64,000 nt of DNA from an uncultured Myxococcales bacterium. Its GTDB lineage: Bacteria; Myxococcota; Kuafuiibacteriia; Kuafuiibacteriales; Kuafuiibacteriaceae. The position numbers and the translations under genes were made by a program. The DNA is taken from NCBI GenBank assembly GCA_964463485.1, contig CAYXDO010000010.1:34105-98104 (forward strand), in the 5' to 3' direction. Shown piece by piece: positions 1-9,558 of this stretch. The notes beneath the pieces were generated by a model that worked only from the letters and a program-made list of their open reading frames with translations, did no database searches and was not told where the DNA came from. Position 1 is the stretch's first letter; each line of letters starts with the position of its first letter.

Positions 1-1526
1 AGCCCGAAGTTCACGACGCTGGGTGACACCGACACGGAGCAAGTGGTCGGCACGCCGCCCACGCCTCGGACGTCGATGACGAGTGTATTCTCGTCGGGGT
101 CGTCGGAGGTCACGACGACCTCCGCGATGTCGAGCCCAGAGTCGGTGGGGCGGTAGGACAGCTGCAGTGTCACGTCGGCGGCGGGCGGCAAGGTCACGGG
201 CAGCCCGGGGATTCCGGAGATGGTGAGCTCGGAGGTGGTCGAATTGAAATTGATGCTCGAGAGGGTGAGTGGCGTGTTGCCGATGTTCTGGAGCAGCAAG
301 TTCCGCATCGCGGGGTTTTGCGGGGCGATGGGTACGGTGCCAAAACCGACCGAGACTGGAAGCGGGTTGATGTCGGGGCCCGAGTACGTGGCCCGCAAAC
401 TCACGAGTTGCACCGTTTCGTCGACGCTGGTGTTGGGGTCGTTGAACGCGCTGGTTTCGACACGCACGCTGCCTTCGTCGAGTCCTGGTGCATTTCCCGC
501 GTATTCGACCAAGACGATGAGCTCGGTGCCGGGCGCCAAAATGGCTGGAAGCGACGACTGGGGGGCGAGCCCATACTCAGTCGAGGTCCCCGCTTCCAGG
601 CCGACCGAGAACACCGTCGCGGTGACGTTGCCGACATTCTTGACCGAAAAAGTCTTGTCTGAAGGCATTTGAGAGGGAAGTAACTCGCCGAAATCGAGCA
701 GCGTCGGGTCGACCACGAGCGTCGGTTTGGTCCCGAGCCCCCGCAAGGTGACCTGAGTCGAGCAGGTCGGACAAAACGAGATCGGCAAAGTCGACTCGTA
801 GGCTCGTTCCTCTGGAGGCGAGAACCAGACGGTGATCGTGAGGCTCTGATTGGCCGGCACGACCGCGCGGAGTGGCTCCATGGGCGCGGGCTCGGAGGAG
901 CCGTTGCGCACACCGAACGCGACCTGGTCGCCGGGAGCGGGCCCGAGCGCGACCGGCTGGGCAAAGGCCGTAGGGTTCGTGAGCACGAGCTCGAGCTCCT
1001 TCTTCTGAGCTACCGTGACCTCACCAAAATCGAGGAGCTCCGGAGCCACCGTGACTCTGGGCGCAACGCCTACGCCCACAAGAAGAATCTCGGTAGTCGG
1101 CCCGTTCTTTCCATCATGGGAGAGGACAGCCTTGGCCTCGAAGCGCCCTTCCGCATTGGGTGCGAAGCGAATCTCTAAGTCCTGAGTCGATCCCTTAGGC
1201 ACGATGAACTCGCCCTCGATCACCGGCTCGAAGGACATCGAAAACGGCGCGTCCGAGGGATCGACACGAGAGAGCTCGGAGCACGCGGTCGCGCCATCCT
1301 CTACGCAGACATGGAGATCGTCCGTGCCGGTGTCCTCGACATCGACCGCGAGCTTCCGGGTGGCGCCGAGCGGCACCTCGCCGAAGTCGAGCGCGAGGGG
1401 CTCGACAGCGATCTCTGGCGCGAGGCGCTGAATGCCACCCCCTTCTTCGCAGTCACATCCGAAGACGGACATGGCGGCGCCGACGAAAAGCGCGAGGGGT
1501 CGAGGACCTATTTTCAATTGCCGCAT
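1..1526 (-). CDS. Lipoprotein with repeated beta-sandwich (DFG-motif, ASH/choice-of-anchor-like) domains; partial, C-terminus lies beyond the window start
   Basis: Manual reverse-strand translation from the ATG at 1526 gives MRQLKIGPRPLALFVGAAMSVFGCDCEE (signal peptide with lipobox Cys), then repeated ~100-aa units carrying LLDFGE/VNFG motifs. The ORF is unbroken to position 1. It is absent from the supplied ORF track because it has no stop inside the window. Confidence 0.6.
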   Translation of the reverse strand, partial: MRQLKIGPRPLALFVGAAMSVFGCDCEEGGGIQRLAPEIAVEPLALDFGEVPLGATRKLAVDVEDTGTDDLHVCVEDGATACSELSRVDPSDAPFSMSFEPVIEGEFIVPKGSTQDLEIRFAPNAEGRFEAKAVLSHDGKNGPTTEILLVGVGVAPRVTVAPELLDFGEVTVAQKKELELVLTNPTAFAQPVALGPAPGDQVAFGVRNGSSEPAPMEPLRAVVPANQSLTITVWFSPPEERAYESTLPISFCPTCSTQVTLRGLGTKPTLVVDPTLLDFGELLPSQMPSDKTFSVKNVGNVTATVFSVGLEAGTSTEYGLAPQSSLPAILAPGTELIVLVEYAGNAPGLDEGSVRVETSAFNDPNTSVDETVQLVSLRATYSGPDINPLPVSVGFGTVPIAPQNPAMRNLLLQNIGNTPLTLSSINFNSTTSELTISGIPGLPVTLPPAADVTLQLSYRPTDSGLDIAEVVVTSDDPDENTLVIDVRGVGGVPTTCSVSVSPSVVNFG

Positions 1527-1810
1527 CGTTGCTCCGGACACGCGCGAGTCTTCCGGACCGGGCCCACCGAACCCATCAGACGCATGACGGATGAGCCGAG
1601 AGAGAATGAGAAGTGGGTTTCAGAACCACGCCTAGCAAGAGCCTGTTCCGAAACTCGCACTGCTGGCCCTCGAACGACGCTGAGGCGCGACCCGTCCGGG
1701 CGGGGAATTTGTGTCGCCCCTTTGGGGCTCTAGGTAATCTCGTCCGCAACCCGGGGCGGGCTGGCTTGTTGCGGACCTTCGGTCCTGAGGACTTTCGTAC
1801 CAGGCTCCAG

Positions 1811-2431
1811 CTAGCCGAGCTCGGCCAGCTTTGCGCGAGCGGTCGCGACGTCGTCCTCCGCGAGGCCGCCGCGCGACAAAGCGCTCTCCAACCGCGTCCG
1901 TGCGTCCGGTTTTCGACCTTCGTGCAGGAGCTCGAGCCCGAGCATGAAGTGCCCGTAGGACGAGGCCTCGACGTCATCACGACCTGCGAGCGCTTCGAGC
2001 GCGGCCAGGTGGTCTTTCTTCGCTCGCGCTGCTTCGTCCTTCTTCTTGAGCTCGGTCAGGAAGATCACGAGAAAAGCATGGGCTTGGACGCTAGTCACGG
2101 TGGGCGGGCTCGCGGAGGCCGCTTTTCGCAGCTCGAAGATCGCTTGCTGCGACTTTCCTCGTTTGAAAAGCAGCTGCGCCATCGTCACGCGAGCGATCGG
2201 GCCGTAGACCTTGTCTTTGTGGGTGGTGACCAGCCGGAACCGCTCGATCGCCTCGTCGACCTTGCCGAGCTTCATGAGCAAGTAGAGGCCGAGCTTGTAG
2301 TTGGCGACCGCGCCGGCCGGAGTCTCGGGGAACGCGTCTCCGATCGTTCGACGAACCTCCGCCACCCGCTCGTCGTCCTTGAGCTTCAACGTTCGCGCGA
2401 GATCCTTCTTGAGCTCTTCCAAATCAGCCAC
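1811..2431 (-). CDS. TPR-repeat protein
   Basis: 206-aa ORF with helical TPR-like repeats (KLGLYLLMKLGKVDEAIERF, AHAFLVIFLTELKKKDEA). Its start overlaps the stop of the upstream gene by 8 nt. Confidence 0.55.
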   Translation of the reverse strand: MADLEELKKDLARTLKLKDDERVAEVRRTIGDAFPETPAGAVANYKLGLYLLMKLGKVDEAIERFRLVTTHKDKVYGPIARVTMAQLLFKRGKSQQAIFELRKAASASPPTVTSVQAHAFLVIFLTELKKKDEAARAKKDHLAALEALAGRDDVEASSYGHFMLGLELLHEGRKPDARTRLESALSRGGLAEDDVATARAKLAELG

Positions 2432-3689
2432 GACGTGATCTCCAAATCAGCGCCGCGAACACGCCCAGCAGCCACACAACAGCTGGGGCCGGCCGACCCG
2501 TGCGACAATTACAGCCCTCGTCGGGGGTGACTTCATTGCTCTCTCCGATCACCTCGAACGCGGCGGCCGCGATGGCGGTTTGGCCGTCGGGGTTGATCAC
2601 GACGACGTCGAAGGTGCCAGCCGAGATACGCGCCGGGACGACAGCGTTGATGGTCGTAGAGCCGAGCACTCGCACATCGATCGCCGGGATCTGTCCCACG
2701 CGCACGGAGAGGCCAGCAACAAAGGCGCGGCCCGTGATGATGATGTCGGTCGAGGAGACGGACGAGCCTCGACCTGGTGAGACCGCGGTGATCTCGGGCG
2801 GGGGTAGCGGCAGGCCCGCGTCGACGGAGACCGACGCGTCGGGGGCGACCTGAGCGTCGGCCCCAGGCTGAGCGTCGGTGGCCGTCGCGTCCTGGTCGGA
2901 GGTCGCGTCCAGGCCAGGGGTCGCGTCCACCGAGCTCGCGTCGCGATCTACACCCGCATCGGCGCTCGTCGCGTCACCCGCGGGCGACGCGTCGTCGGAG
3001 ACTGTGGCGTCGCCAACGCCTGCGTCCGTAGGGATCGCGTCGCAAGCGCCTCCGGGAAGCCACGGCGCGAGCTCGCTGACTTCGATCTCGGGACGGATGA
3101 TGAAGTCTCCTGAGCTCGAGATCAGCGAGAGGTCGAACCACTGTCGGGACAGGACGTCGTAGACCCAGTTGTCGCCGGCCTCACCATTGGCGTCGAGGCA
3201 GACGTTGTGTCCGTCTTCGAACTGTTTGCGCAAGCAGACTCGGAAGCGTCCGTCGAGCGGGTAGATGTCGCCCAAAGCAGTGACGTCGACCAGTTGGAAA
3301 CGACCGGGGTCTCCTTCGAGACCGTAGCTGTTTGCGGCTGTCGCCGCGATACGAGCTCCGGGGACCGCCGTCCCCGCCTCGACGTAGACCTCGAGGTCGA
3401 ACTGCATCCCTCCGGGATTGAGCGGTCCCAGCACGGAGTAGACGGCGCGCAACAAAGAGCCGGCTGGCGCAGTAAACGAGGCGCACGTGGCCTCTCCCGG
3501 GAGCGCGTTGGCGCCGCAGTTGATCATCTGCGTACCGCTTCCCGTTACCGCGTCGTTGCAGAGAACCACACGACCAGGAGCCGCGCAGTTGGGCCCGCAA
3601 ATGGCCGAGCCGCCGGCCTGAGCGAGAGCGTTCGTCACGAAGGCCGACGACGCCAGCAGGAACGAGATGAAAAACGGAGTGACTTTCAT
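2424..3689 (-). CDS. Secreted IPT/TIG-domain protein with a MYXO-CTERM-type C-terminal sorting signal
   Basis: N-terminal signal peptide MKVTPFFISFLLASSAFVTNALA. Ig-like/IPT segment (ITAVSPGRGSSVSST...VVINPDGQ). C-terminus GCNCRTGRPAPAVVWLLGVFAALIWRSRRG is Cys + TM helix + Arg-rich tail, typical of MYXO-CTERM. Confidence 0.7.
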   Translation of the reverse strand: MKVTPFFISFLLASSAFVTNALAQAGGSAICGPNCAAPGRVVLCNDAVTGSGTQMINCGANALPGEATCASFTAPAGSLLRAVYSVLGPLNPGGMQFDLEVYVEAGTAVPGARIAATAANSYGLEGDPGRFQLVDVTALGDIYPLDGRFRVCLRKQFEDGHNVCLDANGEAGDNWVYDVLSRQWFDLSLISSSGDFIIRPEIEVSELAPWLPGGACDAIPTDAGVGDATVSDDASPAGDATSADAGVDRDASSVDATPGLDATSDQDATATDAQPGADAQVAPDASVSVDAGLPLPPPEITAVSPGRGSSVSSTDIIITGRAFVAGLSVRVGQIPAIDVRVLGSTTINAVVPARISAGTFDVVVINPDGQTAIAAAAFEVIGESNEVTPDEGCNCRTGRPAPAVVWLLGVFAALIWRSRRG

Positions 3690-3710
3690 GGCGAGCCTCG
3701 TCGAGGGGAG

Positions 3711-6500
3711 TCAACGTTCGAGCAGCCGACTGAGCGCGCCCATCAACGTCTCGGGCAGCGGCACGCCCTCGAAGATCTCGGCGCGACCTTCGAGCGCAAC
3801 GGGTTGGGTCGGACCGCTGTTCGTGATGATGACGACGAAATCTCGATTTCCATCGTCGCGCAGGCGATGCACGAGATCGAGCCGTGTAGATCCATCGACG
3901 ATGACGGCGTCGAAGCGACTCGCGACCACACGCTCTCCGCGATCACGCGCTCGGCCGAGCACATATCCCGCGACGCGGAGGCGCTCTTCGAGCTCTGGAG
4001 TCAGCGGCGAGTCGCCCACGAGCAGGAGCCGTCGCGGAGGCGGCTGGCGATCGGGCAGATCGAGCGTCGAGATCACGTCTTTGAGGTGGTCGACCAAGGC
4101 CTCCACGACGTCACCGCCGATTCGACCGGAGTTCGCGTCCGCGCGGAGCTCGAGGATCGCAGCTCGAGGAGACGACTCGTCCATACTCGCCCGAAGCACG
4201 CGGCTGTAGCGAGTGACGACGAACGCGATCTCTGCGGGCAGCGAGAGAGGCTGCGTGTCGCCGGCGAGCGCGCGCATGACCTCCAACAACACGTTCCGAA
4301 CGGAGACGGGAGCCAGCGAAGTGATCGAGGTCTGATCGTTGGGCTCGTTGGTCAAGCGATCGGCGAGGTCGACCAGCGAAGCGGCGACGCTCGCACGTCG
4401 TTCCACCGTCGAGCCCGCGTGAAGACGATGGGCCACGAAGCGAGCGAGGATCGCCGGGCGTGCGCTCTCCGGGAGGTTGACCCGAGCGAACGACTGCGCG
4501 CGCTCGATGATCTCGATGAGCGTGTCGACGTACCCTTGGGCCTCCCGCGGGTCGTCACGGTCAGCGTCGCCCGATGCGGTGGTCGACAACGCGGAGATGA
4601 GCTCGCTGGCGCTAGCGAAGCGGCGCGCGGGGTCTTTTTCGAGCAAGCGCATGACGATCGTCGAGAGGTTTGGATCGACGTCGCTCCGCCGCGCGTCGGG
4701 CGGTCTCGGGTAGTGATCTTTGAGCGCGAGGCGAGCGTTGGCCTTGCCCGACGCGAGGAACGGAGGCTCCCCGACCAAGAGGCGATAGGTGAGCGCACCG
4801 AGGGCGAACTGATCGGAGCGGCGCGAGTAGGTGCCTGCGGTGACCGTCTCGGGCGCGTTGGCCGAGACGTTGTTGGCGCGATCGGGATGAGCGGGCTCGG
4901 ACGATGCCTCACCGAGAGAGAGGTCGACGAGAAAGGCGCGGCCTTCTGCGCCGATCAAGACGTTGGAGGTTCGGATGTCGCCGTGCGCGATCCCTACGGA
5001 GTGAAGGTGGTCGAGGGCCTCGGCGAGATCTCGAAGCACGATGGCCCCGCGCGCGGAGCTGAGGCGCCGCTCGGGTTCGAGATATCGCGTCAGCGGCTCG
5101 GCCTCGATGAACGTGAAGACCAGAAAGAAGAGCGGGCCGTCGCGGCCGGCGTCGAGGAGCGTTGGGAGTCGGTGATGACGCACGCGACTCCACAAGCGGG
5201 CTTCACGCTGAAACAGCGCGAGCCGCGCTTCGTCTCCGTGAAGGCGTGTGTCCAAAGCTTTCACGGCGACCTTGCGGTTGATGTGCGGGTCGCGTCCGAG
5301 AAAGACGACGGTGTCGCGTCCTGCCGCGATCTCGGAGAAGAGCTCATAGCGCCCGAGCTTGCGGACCGTTCGATCTGCGTCGTCGCTCGTGGGCTCGTTC
5401 GTGATCGGACGACTCGCGGGCGAGATCGTGGATTCGGGTCCTCGAACGATCTGTTGCTCGACGTCTTTGGCGCCCACCCGGGTGTTCGTGATCTTGGCGA
5501 GCGTGTCGGCATCGAGCTTGAGATCGGGCTGCGTGACCTCCTCCGGCACGACCTTGGGTCGCGGCGGCGGCGAGGATGGAGGCTTCGGAGGTAACGCCGA
5601 GGCCCGGATCTTGGCGCGCCGAGCGCGAGACAGCGCAGCCTCGAAGATGCGCTGTTGTGCTTGGCGCTCTAAGGTGAGCGTCGATCGCAACAAATCCCGA
5701 ATCGCGGCTTCGAGCTGCGGCTTGGAGACCGGGGAGAGGGCGGCTTCGACCTCTTCGAGGTTGGGTCGGGTCGATGGATCGTGGGCGAGCATGCTCAAGA
5801 TCAGCGCTCGAACCTCGGGAGGGGTGTCGACCAGTTTGGCGTCGGATAGCTCTCCACGCTCGATCGCGCTTCTGGTGAGCTCGACGCTCTCTTTGGGAAA
5901 GGCGCTCCTCCCCGTCACCGTCTCGAAGAGGATGGTCCCGAGGGAGAAGACCGTGGCGGGCTCGGCGACGTCCTTACGCGTGAGCGCTTCGGGCGCCGTG
6001 TAAGGAAGCGACCCGGGGCCAGGTGCGAGCGCTGCTCGTGCGATGGCGAGCTCGTGACCGAGCAGCTTCACGGTGCCTTCGTCGGAGAGCATCACGTGTC
6101 GTGGCGTGAGAGACCTGAGGGGCGAGATGCCCTGCGACTGGATGCGGCGAAGGGTGCCGGCAACCTGCGCTACGATTCCGGCGGCCAGAGAAGGGTCGAG
6201 CGCGCCCTTGCGGATCGCCAACGAGAGCGCGCTGCCAGGAACGATCTCGCGCACCGAATAGAGCGCGTTCTCGAAGACGTCGACCTCGAGCACGGTGGCC
6301 ACGCCTGGATCGGAGACAGCGCATGAAGCCGGACCGCTCTCGAGGAGCCACCGGCGAAAGACGAGGTCCTTGGAGACCTCGGGCAGGAACAGCTTGAGCG
6401 CGCGCGCCGGGTCGGATCCTTCCACGACGGCGAAGTAGACGTCGCTCAAGTCTCCCGAGCTCATGCGCGTGAGGAGCTCCCACGAACCAACGCTGTGCAC
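3711..6500 (-). CDS. Tandem pseudokinase-kinase Ser/Thr protein kinase with C-terminal receiver-like domain
   Basis: The N-terminal kinase-like domain lacks the HRD Asp and the DFG motif (LTPRHVMLSDEG; KLLGHELAI). The second domain has VAVK, HGDIRTSN, DLSLG and APE motifs. The C-terminal ~120 aa (LLLVGDSPLT...DAVIVDGS...VVIITN) resembles a CheY-like receiver. Confidence 0.75.
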   Translation of the reverse strand: MHSVGSWELLTRMSSGDLSDVYFAVVEGSDPARALKLFLPEVSKDLVFRRWLLESGPASCAVSDPGVATVLEVDVFENALYSVREIVPGSALSLAIRKGALDPSLAAGIVAQVAGTLRRIQSQGISPLRSLTPRHVMLSDEGTVKLLGHELAIARAALAPGPGSLPYTAPEALTRKDVAEPATVFSLGTILFETVTGRSAFPKESVELTRSAIERGELSDAKLVDTPPEVRALILSMLAHDPSTRPNLEEVEAALSPVSKPQLEAAIRDLLRSTLTLERQAQQRIFEAALSRARRAKIRASALPPKPPSSPPPRPKVVPEEVTQPDLKLDADTLAKITNTRVGAKDVEQQIVRGPESTISPASRPITNEPTSDDADRTVRKLGRYELFSEIAAGRDTVVFLGRDPHINRKVAVKALDTRLHGDEARLALFQREARLWSRVRHHRLPTLLDAGRDGPLFFLVFTFIEAEPLTRYLEPERRLSSARGAIVLRDLAEALDHLHSVGIAHGDIRTSNVLIGAEGRAFLVDLSLGEASSEPAHPDRANNVSANAPETVTAGTYSRRSDQFALGALTYRLLVGEPPFLASGKANARLALKDHYPRPPDARRSDVDPNLSTIVMRLLEKDPARRFASASELISALSTTASGDADRDDPREAQGYVDTLIEIIERAQSFARVNLPESARPAILARFVAHRLHAGSTVERRASVAASLVDLADRLTNEPNDQTSITSLAPVSVRNVLLEVMRALAGDTQPLSLPAEIAFVVTRYSRVLRASMDESSPRAAILELRADANSGRIGGDVVEALVDHLKDVISTLDLPDRQPPPRRLLLVGDSPLTPELEERLRVAGYVLGRARDRGERVVASRFDAVIVDGSTRLDLVHRLRDDGNRDFVVIITNSGPTQPVALEGRAEIFEGVPLPETLMGALSRLLER

Positions 6501-6583
6501 GCTGGGCCTCAGGCTATGTCGGGTTTGGTATTTCCGCCAGCCTGTGGCAGCCCAAGGCAGGTGTCCTGTGGTACAGTTCGATT

Positions 6584-7765
6584 GTGTCGGTGCGCAGGTC
6601 CGATGGTGCTCGCCCCACCGTGACCCACGGAAGCGCCGAGCAAGTGGCCTCGCAAGATCACAAGGCCAAAGAAGAGCTCAAAGGACGAAACGCGGCCGGT
6701 AAGCAGGCGAAGTCCGCGCGCCTGGCCGGCTATCAGAGGCCGCACCGCGTACACACCGAGCAAGAAGAGCACATCGCCCACCTCCGAAAGCGCCAGCTCG
6801 AGCTGCTCGAAAGCGCGGAGCAGTACGCCGTCGACGAAGACGAGGTCATGCGACTGCAGCGCAACGACGAGATCGAGGATGAGGAGAACAAGCTCAAAGG
6901 CTTCAACCTCGACGAGCGCCGTAAGAAACGCGGACAACGCGACGCCGAGGGCGACGAGGAAAAGAAGGACGACGATCAGGGCGAGGAGGCCGCCAAGTCG
7001 CTCGGCTTCACCGAGGGCACCGGCAAGTTCTTCCAAGACGCGCCCGCCGATCGAATGGGTGACCTCACCCTCACCAGCCCTGAAGACATCAAGAAGATCC
7101 TCGGACCGTCGGTGCGCTTCGCGCAGCACGCCATGCTGCTCGCCGAAAACGAGCTCAAAGGCGGGATGAAGCGCGAGGACGCGCTGGCTTACATGGCGAG
7201 CCTGTTCGTGGGCCTCACCGACTCTGCCTACGCCAACAAAGCCCTCCGCGACTTCGGTCCCGGAACCGGAATCGTCGACCTCTATCCGCTCGAGGTGATG
7301 CAGCACCTGCTGCAGCACGTCCCAGGATTCGTCACCAAGATCTCGACCGCGAAGTTCTTCGTGAACGTGCCCAAAGAAGGCTACGACGGCTTCGCTGGCG
7401 AGCCGATCCTGCTGCGTTATCCGGAGGGCTATCGAATCCGCGGCTTCGCGATCAAGGGTGGCGACAAGCCTGGTTACCTGTTCGAGCCGACCGATCCGCC
7501 GGGCACGTATTTGCTGACCATCGCGAGCCCTGGCACGTACACGGTGATCGTGTCGGCCCTCGCCAAAGGCGGCGTGCTCTCGATCGAAGAGTTCCCTGCT
7601 CGAATCAAACCGGGACGAGGCAACAAGCTCGAGGCCTCCGACGTCATGAAGCGCGCGCGCGCGAACCTCGTGGAGGAAGAGGAAGGCGCTGCGCCGCAAG
7701 ATGAAGAGCCGAAGGCCAAGAAAAAAGACCAGGATCTGAAGGTCGTGATTCCGCGCCGGATCTAA
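6584..7765 (+). CDS. Hypothetical cytoplasmic protein with acidic/charged N-terminal half and C-terminal beta-rich domain
   Basis: 393-aa ORF with uniformly high third-position GC. No signal peptide. Ends with a TAA stop. I do not recognise a conserved domain. Confidence 0.5.
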   Translation: MSVRRSDGARPTVTHGSAEQVASQDHKAKEELKGRNAAGKQAKSARLAGYQRPHRVHTEQEEHIAHLRKRQLELLESAEQYAVDEDEVMRLQRNDEIEDEENKLKGFNLDERRKKRGQRDAEGDEEKKDDDQGEEAAKSLGFTEGTGKFFQDAPADRMGDLTLTSPEDIKKILGPSVRFAQHAMLLAENELKGGMKREDALAYMASLFVGLTDSAYANKALRDFGPGTGIVDLYPLEVMQHLLQHVPGFVTKISTAKFFVNVPKEGYDGFAGEPILLRYPEGYRIRGFAIKGGDKPGYLFEPTDPPGTYLLTIASPGTYTVIVSALAKGGVLSIEEFPARIKPGRGNKLEASDVMKRARANLVEEEEGAAPQDEEPKAKKKDQDLKVVIPRRI

Positions 7766-7802
7766 CGAAACTCCGCGCCGAATCTAACGAGCTGCTCGTG
7801 CC

Positions 7803-9392
7803 TTACTGGCACTTGGCCCGGCCGAGCTCGACAGCGCTCACGCCTACGCGCGTCGCGCCGATCGACGCTGGGCCTACGTTGAGCGTCGCCACGTGCCACA
7901 GATCTCCGCAGCTCGTCAGAGTCTTCTGGTCCGTGAATTTCTGCTCACCCCGCTCATAGACGGAGATACTCGCAGAGGTTGCTGGTACGCCTTCGTAGTA
8001 GTGCACGAACACGTCGTACCGACCTTCGGGCGCGACCGCGAGGTTGACGCGTTCGGGTCCGCCACCGACCCGATCGTCGGCGTCGAGGTACGCGTCGTCG
8101 GTCTCGTCGGTGGGCGAGCCCCAGTTTTGGTGGGCCTTGCCGTAGTAGCAGTCGTCGAAGCCATCGAAGGGCAGCGAGCCGCGGCGCACGACGTGAAGAT
8201 CGAGGTCCGTGTTGAGGGTGTTCCAGTTCAATTGGACCATGAGGCGCGTGTCGGAGGCCAAGGGAGCGGCGATCGTACCGAACACTTCGATCAGGTCGAT
8301 CGCACCGTGAGCTGCTTTGATCTCGACCGTTCCGCCGTGGCGAACGGCGCGACCGCTCCCCTCTAGTCTCACCGCGAAGCTCATGCTCTCGCCGTCTCGC
8401 AAAGAAACGCCTGGTGACGGCTTCAGCGGGAGCGAGAACAGGTCCGACGATCCCATGGCCATGTCGATCGAAGCCAACGTGAAGACACCTCCGTGCGAGG
8501 CACACTCGATGCGTTCGTCTTTGGTGTCTCCGCGTAGCACCGTGCCGACGTCGAGCGGGGAAGGAGAGCACGTGAGCTCGCCGCTCAAGACGGCCGTCCC
8601 GATCACGGGGATCTCGACCGGATCGGCGCCATCGATGTCGAGCGCGAGCTTGTCGTCCTTGGGTCCCACGGGCTGGACTGGACGGAAATGTACATCGAGG
8701 GTTCGTGACTCGGTGGGCTCGAGCACGAAGGAGCTGGCGAGCTTGGTCGTGGCGTGCTCGGCCAGATAGAACTCGTCGGTCGGCCCCATCGCTCGGCCTG
8801 TCTTGGACGACACGCGCTCCACGTTCGCGGGTAGGTCTCCGCTGTTGCGAAGCTCGATCGTGCGCACCACGTCGCGGCCGAGCTCGGCTTCGAAAAAGTC
8901 GACCCTCACCGGTGCGAGCTCGAGCGTCGGCGGCACGAGCACGCGGCCGGCGCCATCGATCGGCAAGGTCACCGCCGAGTTTTCGAAGAGAACCTCCATC
9001 GTGGTGTTGTAGGTGGTCTCTTCGCGCGGCAAGAAGATGATCTTGATGTCGATGTCTTGGGCGCCGACCGCAAAGCCCGTGAGCGTGCCGCCATCAGCCC
9101 TGCGCAGCGCATATACGGATTCGAGCGGCGGATCGAAGCGCACTTCGGAGACGACGATTTCGCCGCCCGTCTGATTGGAGAACTTGGCGCCGATCTCGTG
9201 CCGCGCGTCCACGGCTCGCACACCGAAGTCGATTTTGGCCGGCCTGAACCAGCCTTCGGACCGCAGAACCAAACGGTCTTCGCCGCACGCAGTCCCGGAG
9301 AGCCCAAGCACGAGCGCAAAGTGGAGGCCACGTGAGCGGCCCGACCTGGGCGAAGCGGAGCGGCTTGTCCTGATTGGGGCCGTGGGACGCAT
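7803..9392 (-). CDS. Lipoprotein with repeated beta-sandwich (DFG-motif) domains
   Basis: Start chosen at the internal Met MRPTAPIRTSRS...LHFALVLGLSGTACGE (signal peptide + lipobox). Repeated VDFF/LDVG-containing units similar to the 1..1526 and 13760..17056 proteins. Confidence 0.6.
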   Translation of the reverse strand: MRPTAPIRTSRSASPRSGRSRGLHFALVLGLSGTACGEDRLVLRSEGWFRPAKIDFGVRAVDARHEIGAKFSNQTGGEIVVSEVRFDPPLESVYALRRADGGTLTGFAVGAQDIDIKIIFLPREETTYNTTMEVLFENSAVTLPIDGAGRVLVPPTLELAPVRVDFFEAELGRDVVRTIELRNSGDLPANVERVSSKTGRAMGPTDEFYLAEHATTKLASSFVLEPTESRTLDVHFRPVQPVGPKDDKLALDIDGADPVEIPVIGTAVLSGELTCSPSPLDVGTVLRGDTKDERIECASHGGVFTLASIDMAMGSSDLFSLPLKPSPGVSLRDGESMSFAVRLEGSGRAVRHGGTVEIKAAHGAIDLIEVFGTIAAPLASDTRLMVQLNWNTLNTDLDLHVVRRGSLPFDGFDDCYYGKAHQNWGSPTDETDDAYLDADDRVGGGPERVNLAVAPEGRYDVFVHYYEGVPATSASISVYERGEQKFTDQKTLTSCGDLWHVATLNVGPASIGATRVGVSAVELGRAKCQ

Positions 9393-9528
9393 GACAGACC
9401 TCGATTGTGCTTCAGGAGGGGGCTGGGTGACGAGTGTTTCGAAACGATAAGCGTTCCGTTTGGGTCCGTTCGATTTTCGGACGGCCTTCGAAAAGCGGAC
9501 GGACGTCCGAGATGACCCGAATCTCAGG

Positions 9529-9545
9529 CTGGCACGAACGTCGCA
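9529..9545 (+). promoter_or_regulatory. Candidate sigma-54 (-24/-12) promoter CTGGCACGAACGTCGCA
   Basis: TGGCAC-N5-TCGCA matches the consensus TGGCAC-N5-TTGCA at every position except one T. GG and GC are correctly spaced. It ends about 14 nt before the ATG at 9559. Confidence 0.3.
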
Positions 9546-9558
9546 CCGGCGCTCGCAC

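Noticed and set aside
3207-5594. 795-aa plus-strand ORF
   Set aside because: Entirely antisense to the well-supported tandem-kinase gene (3711..6500). Arg/Asp-rich low-complexity translation typical of a GC-rich antisense frame.
6584-7795. TAA stop and 2 x CCGCGCCGRATCTAACGA direct repeat at the end of the 393-aa gene, as a mobile-element boundary
   Set aside because: No integrase or transposase, and no target-site duplication context. Likely just a short terminator-region repeat. Noted only.
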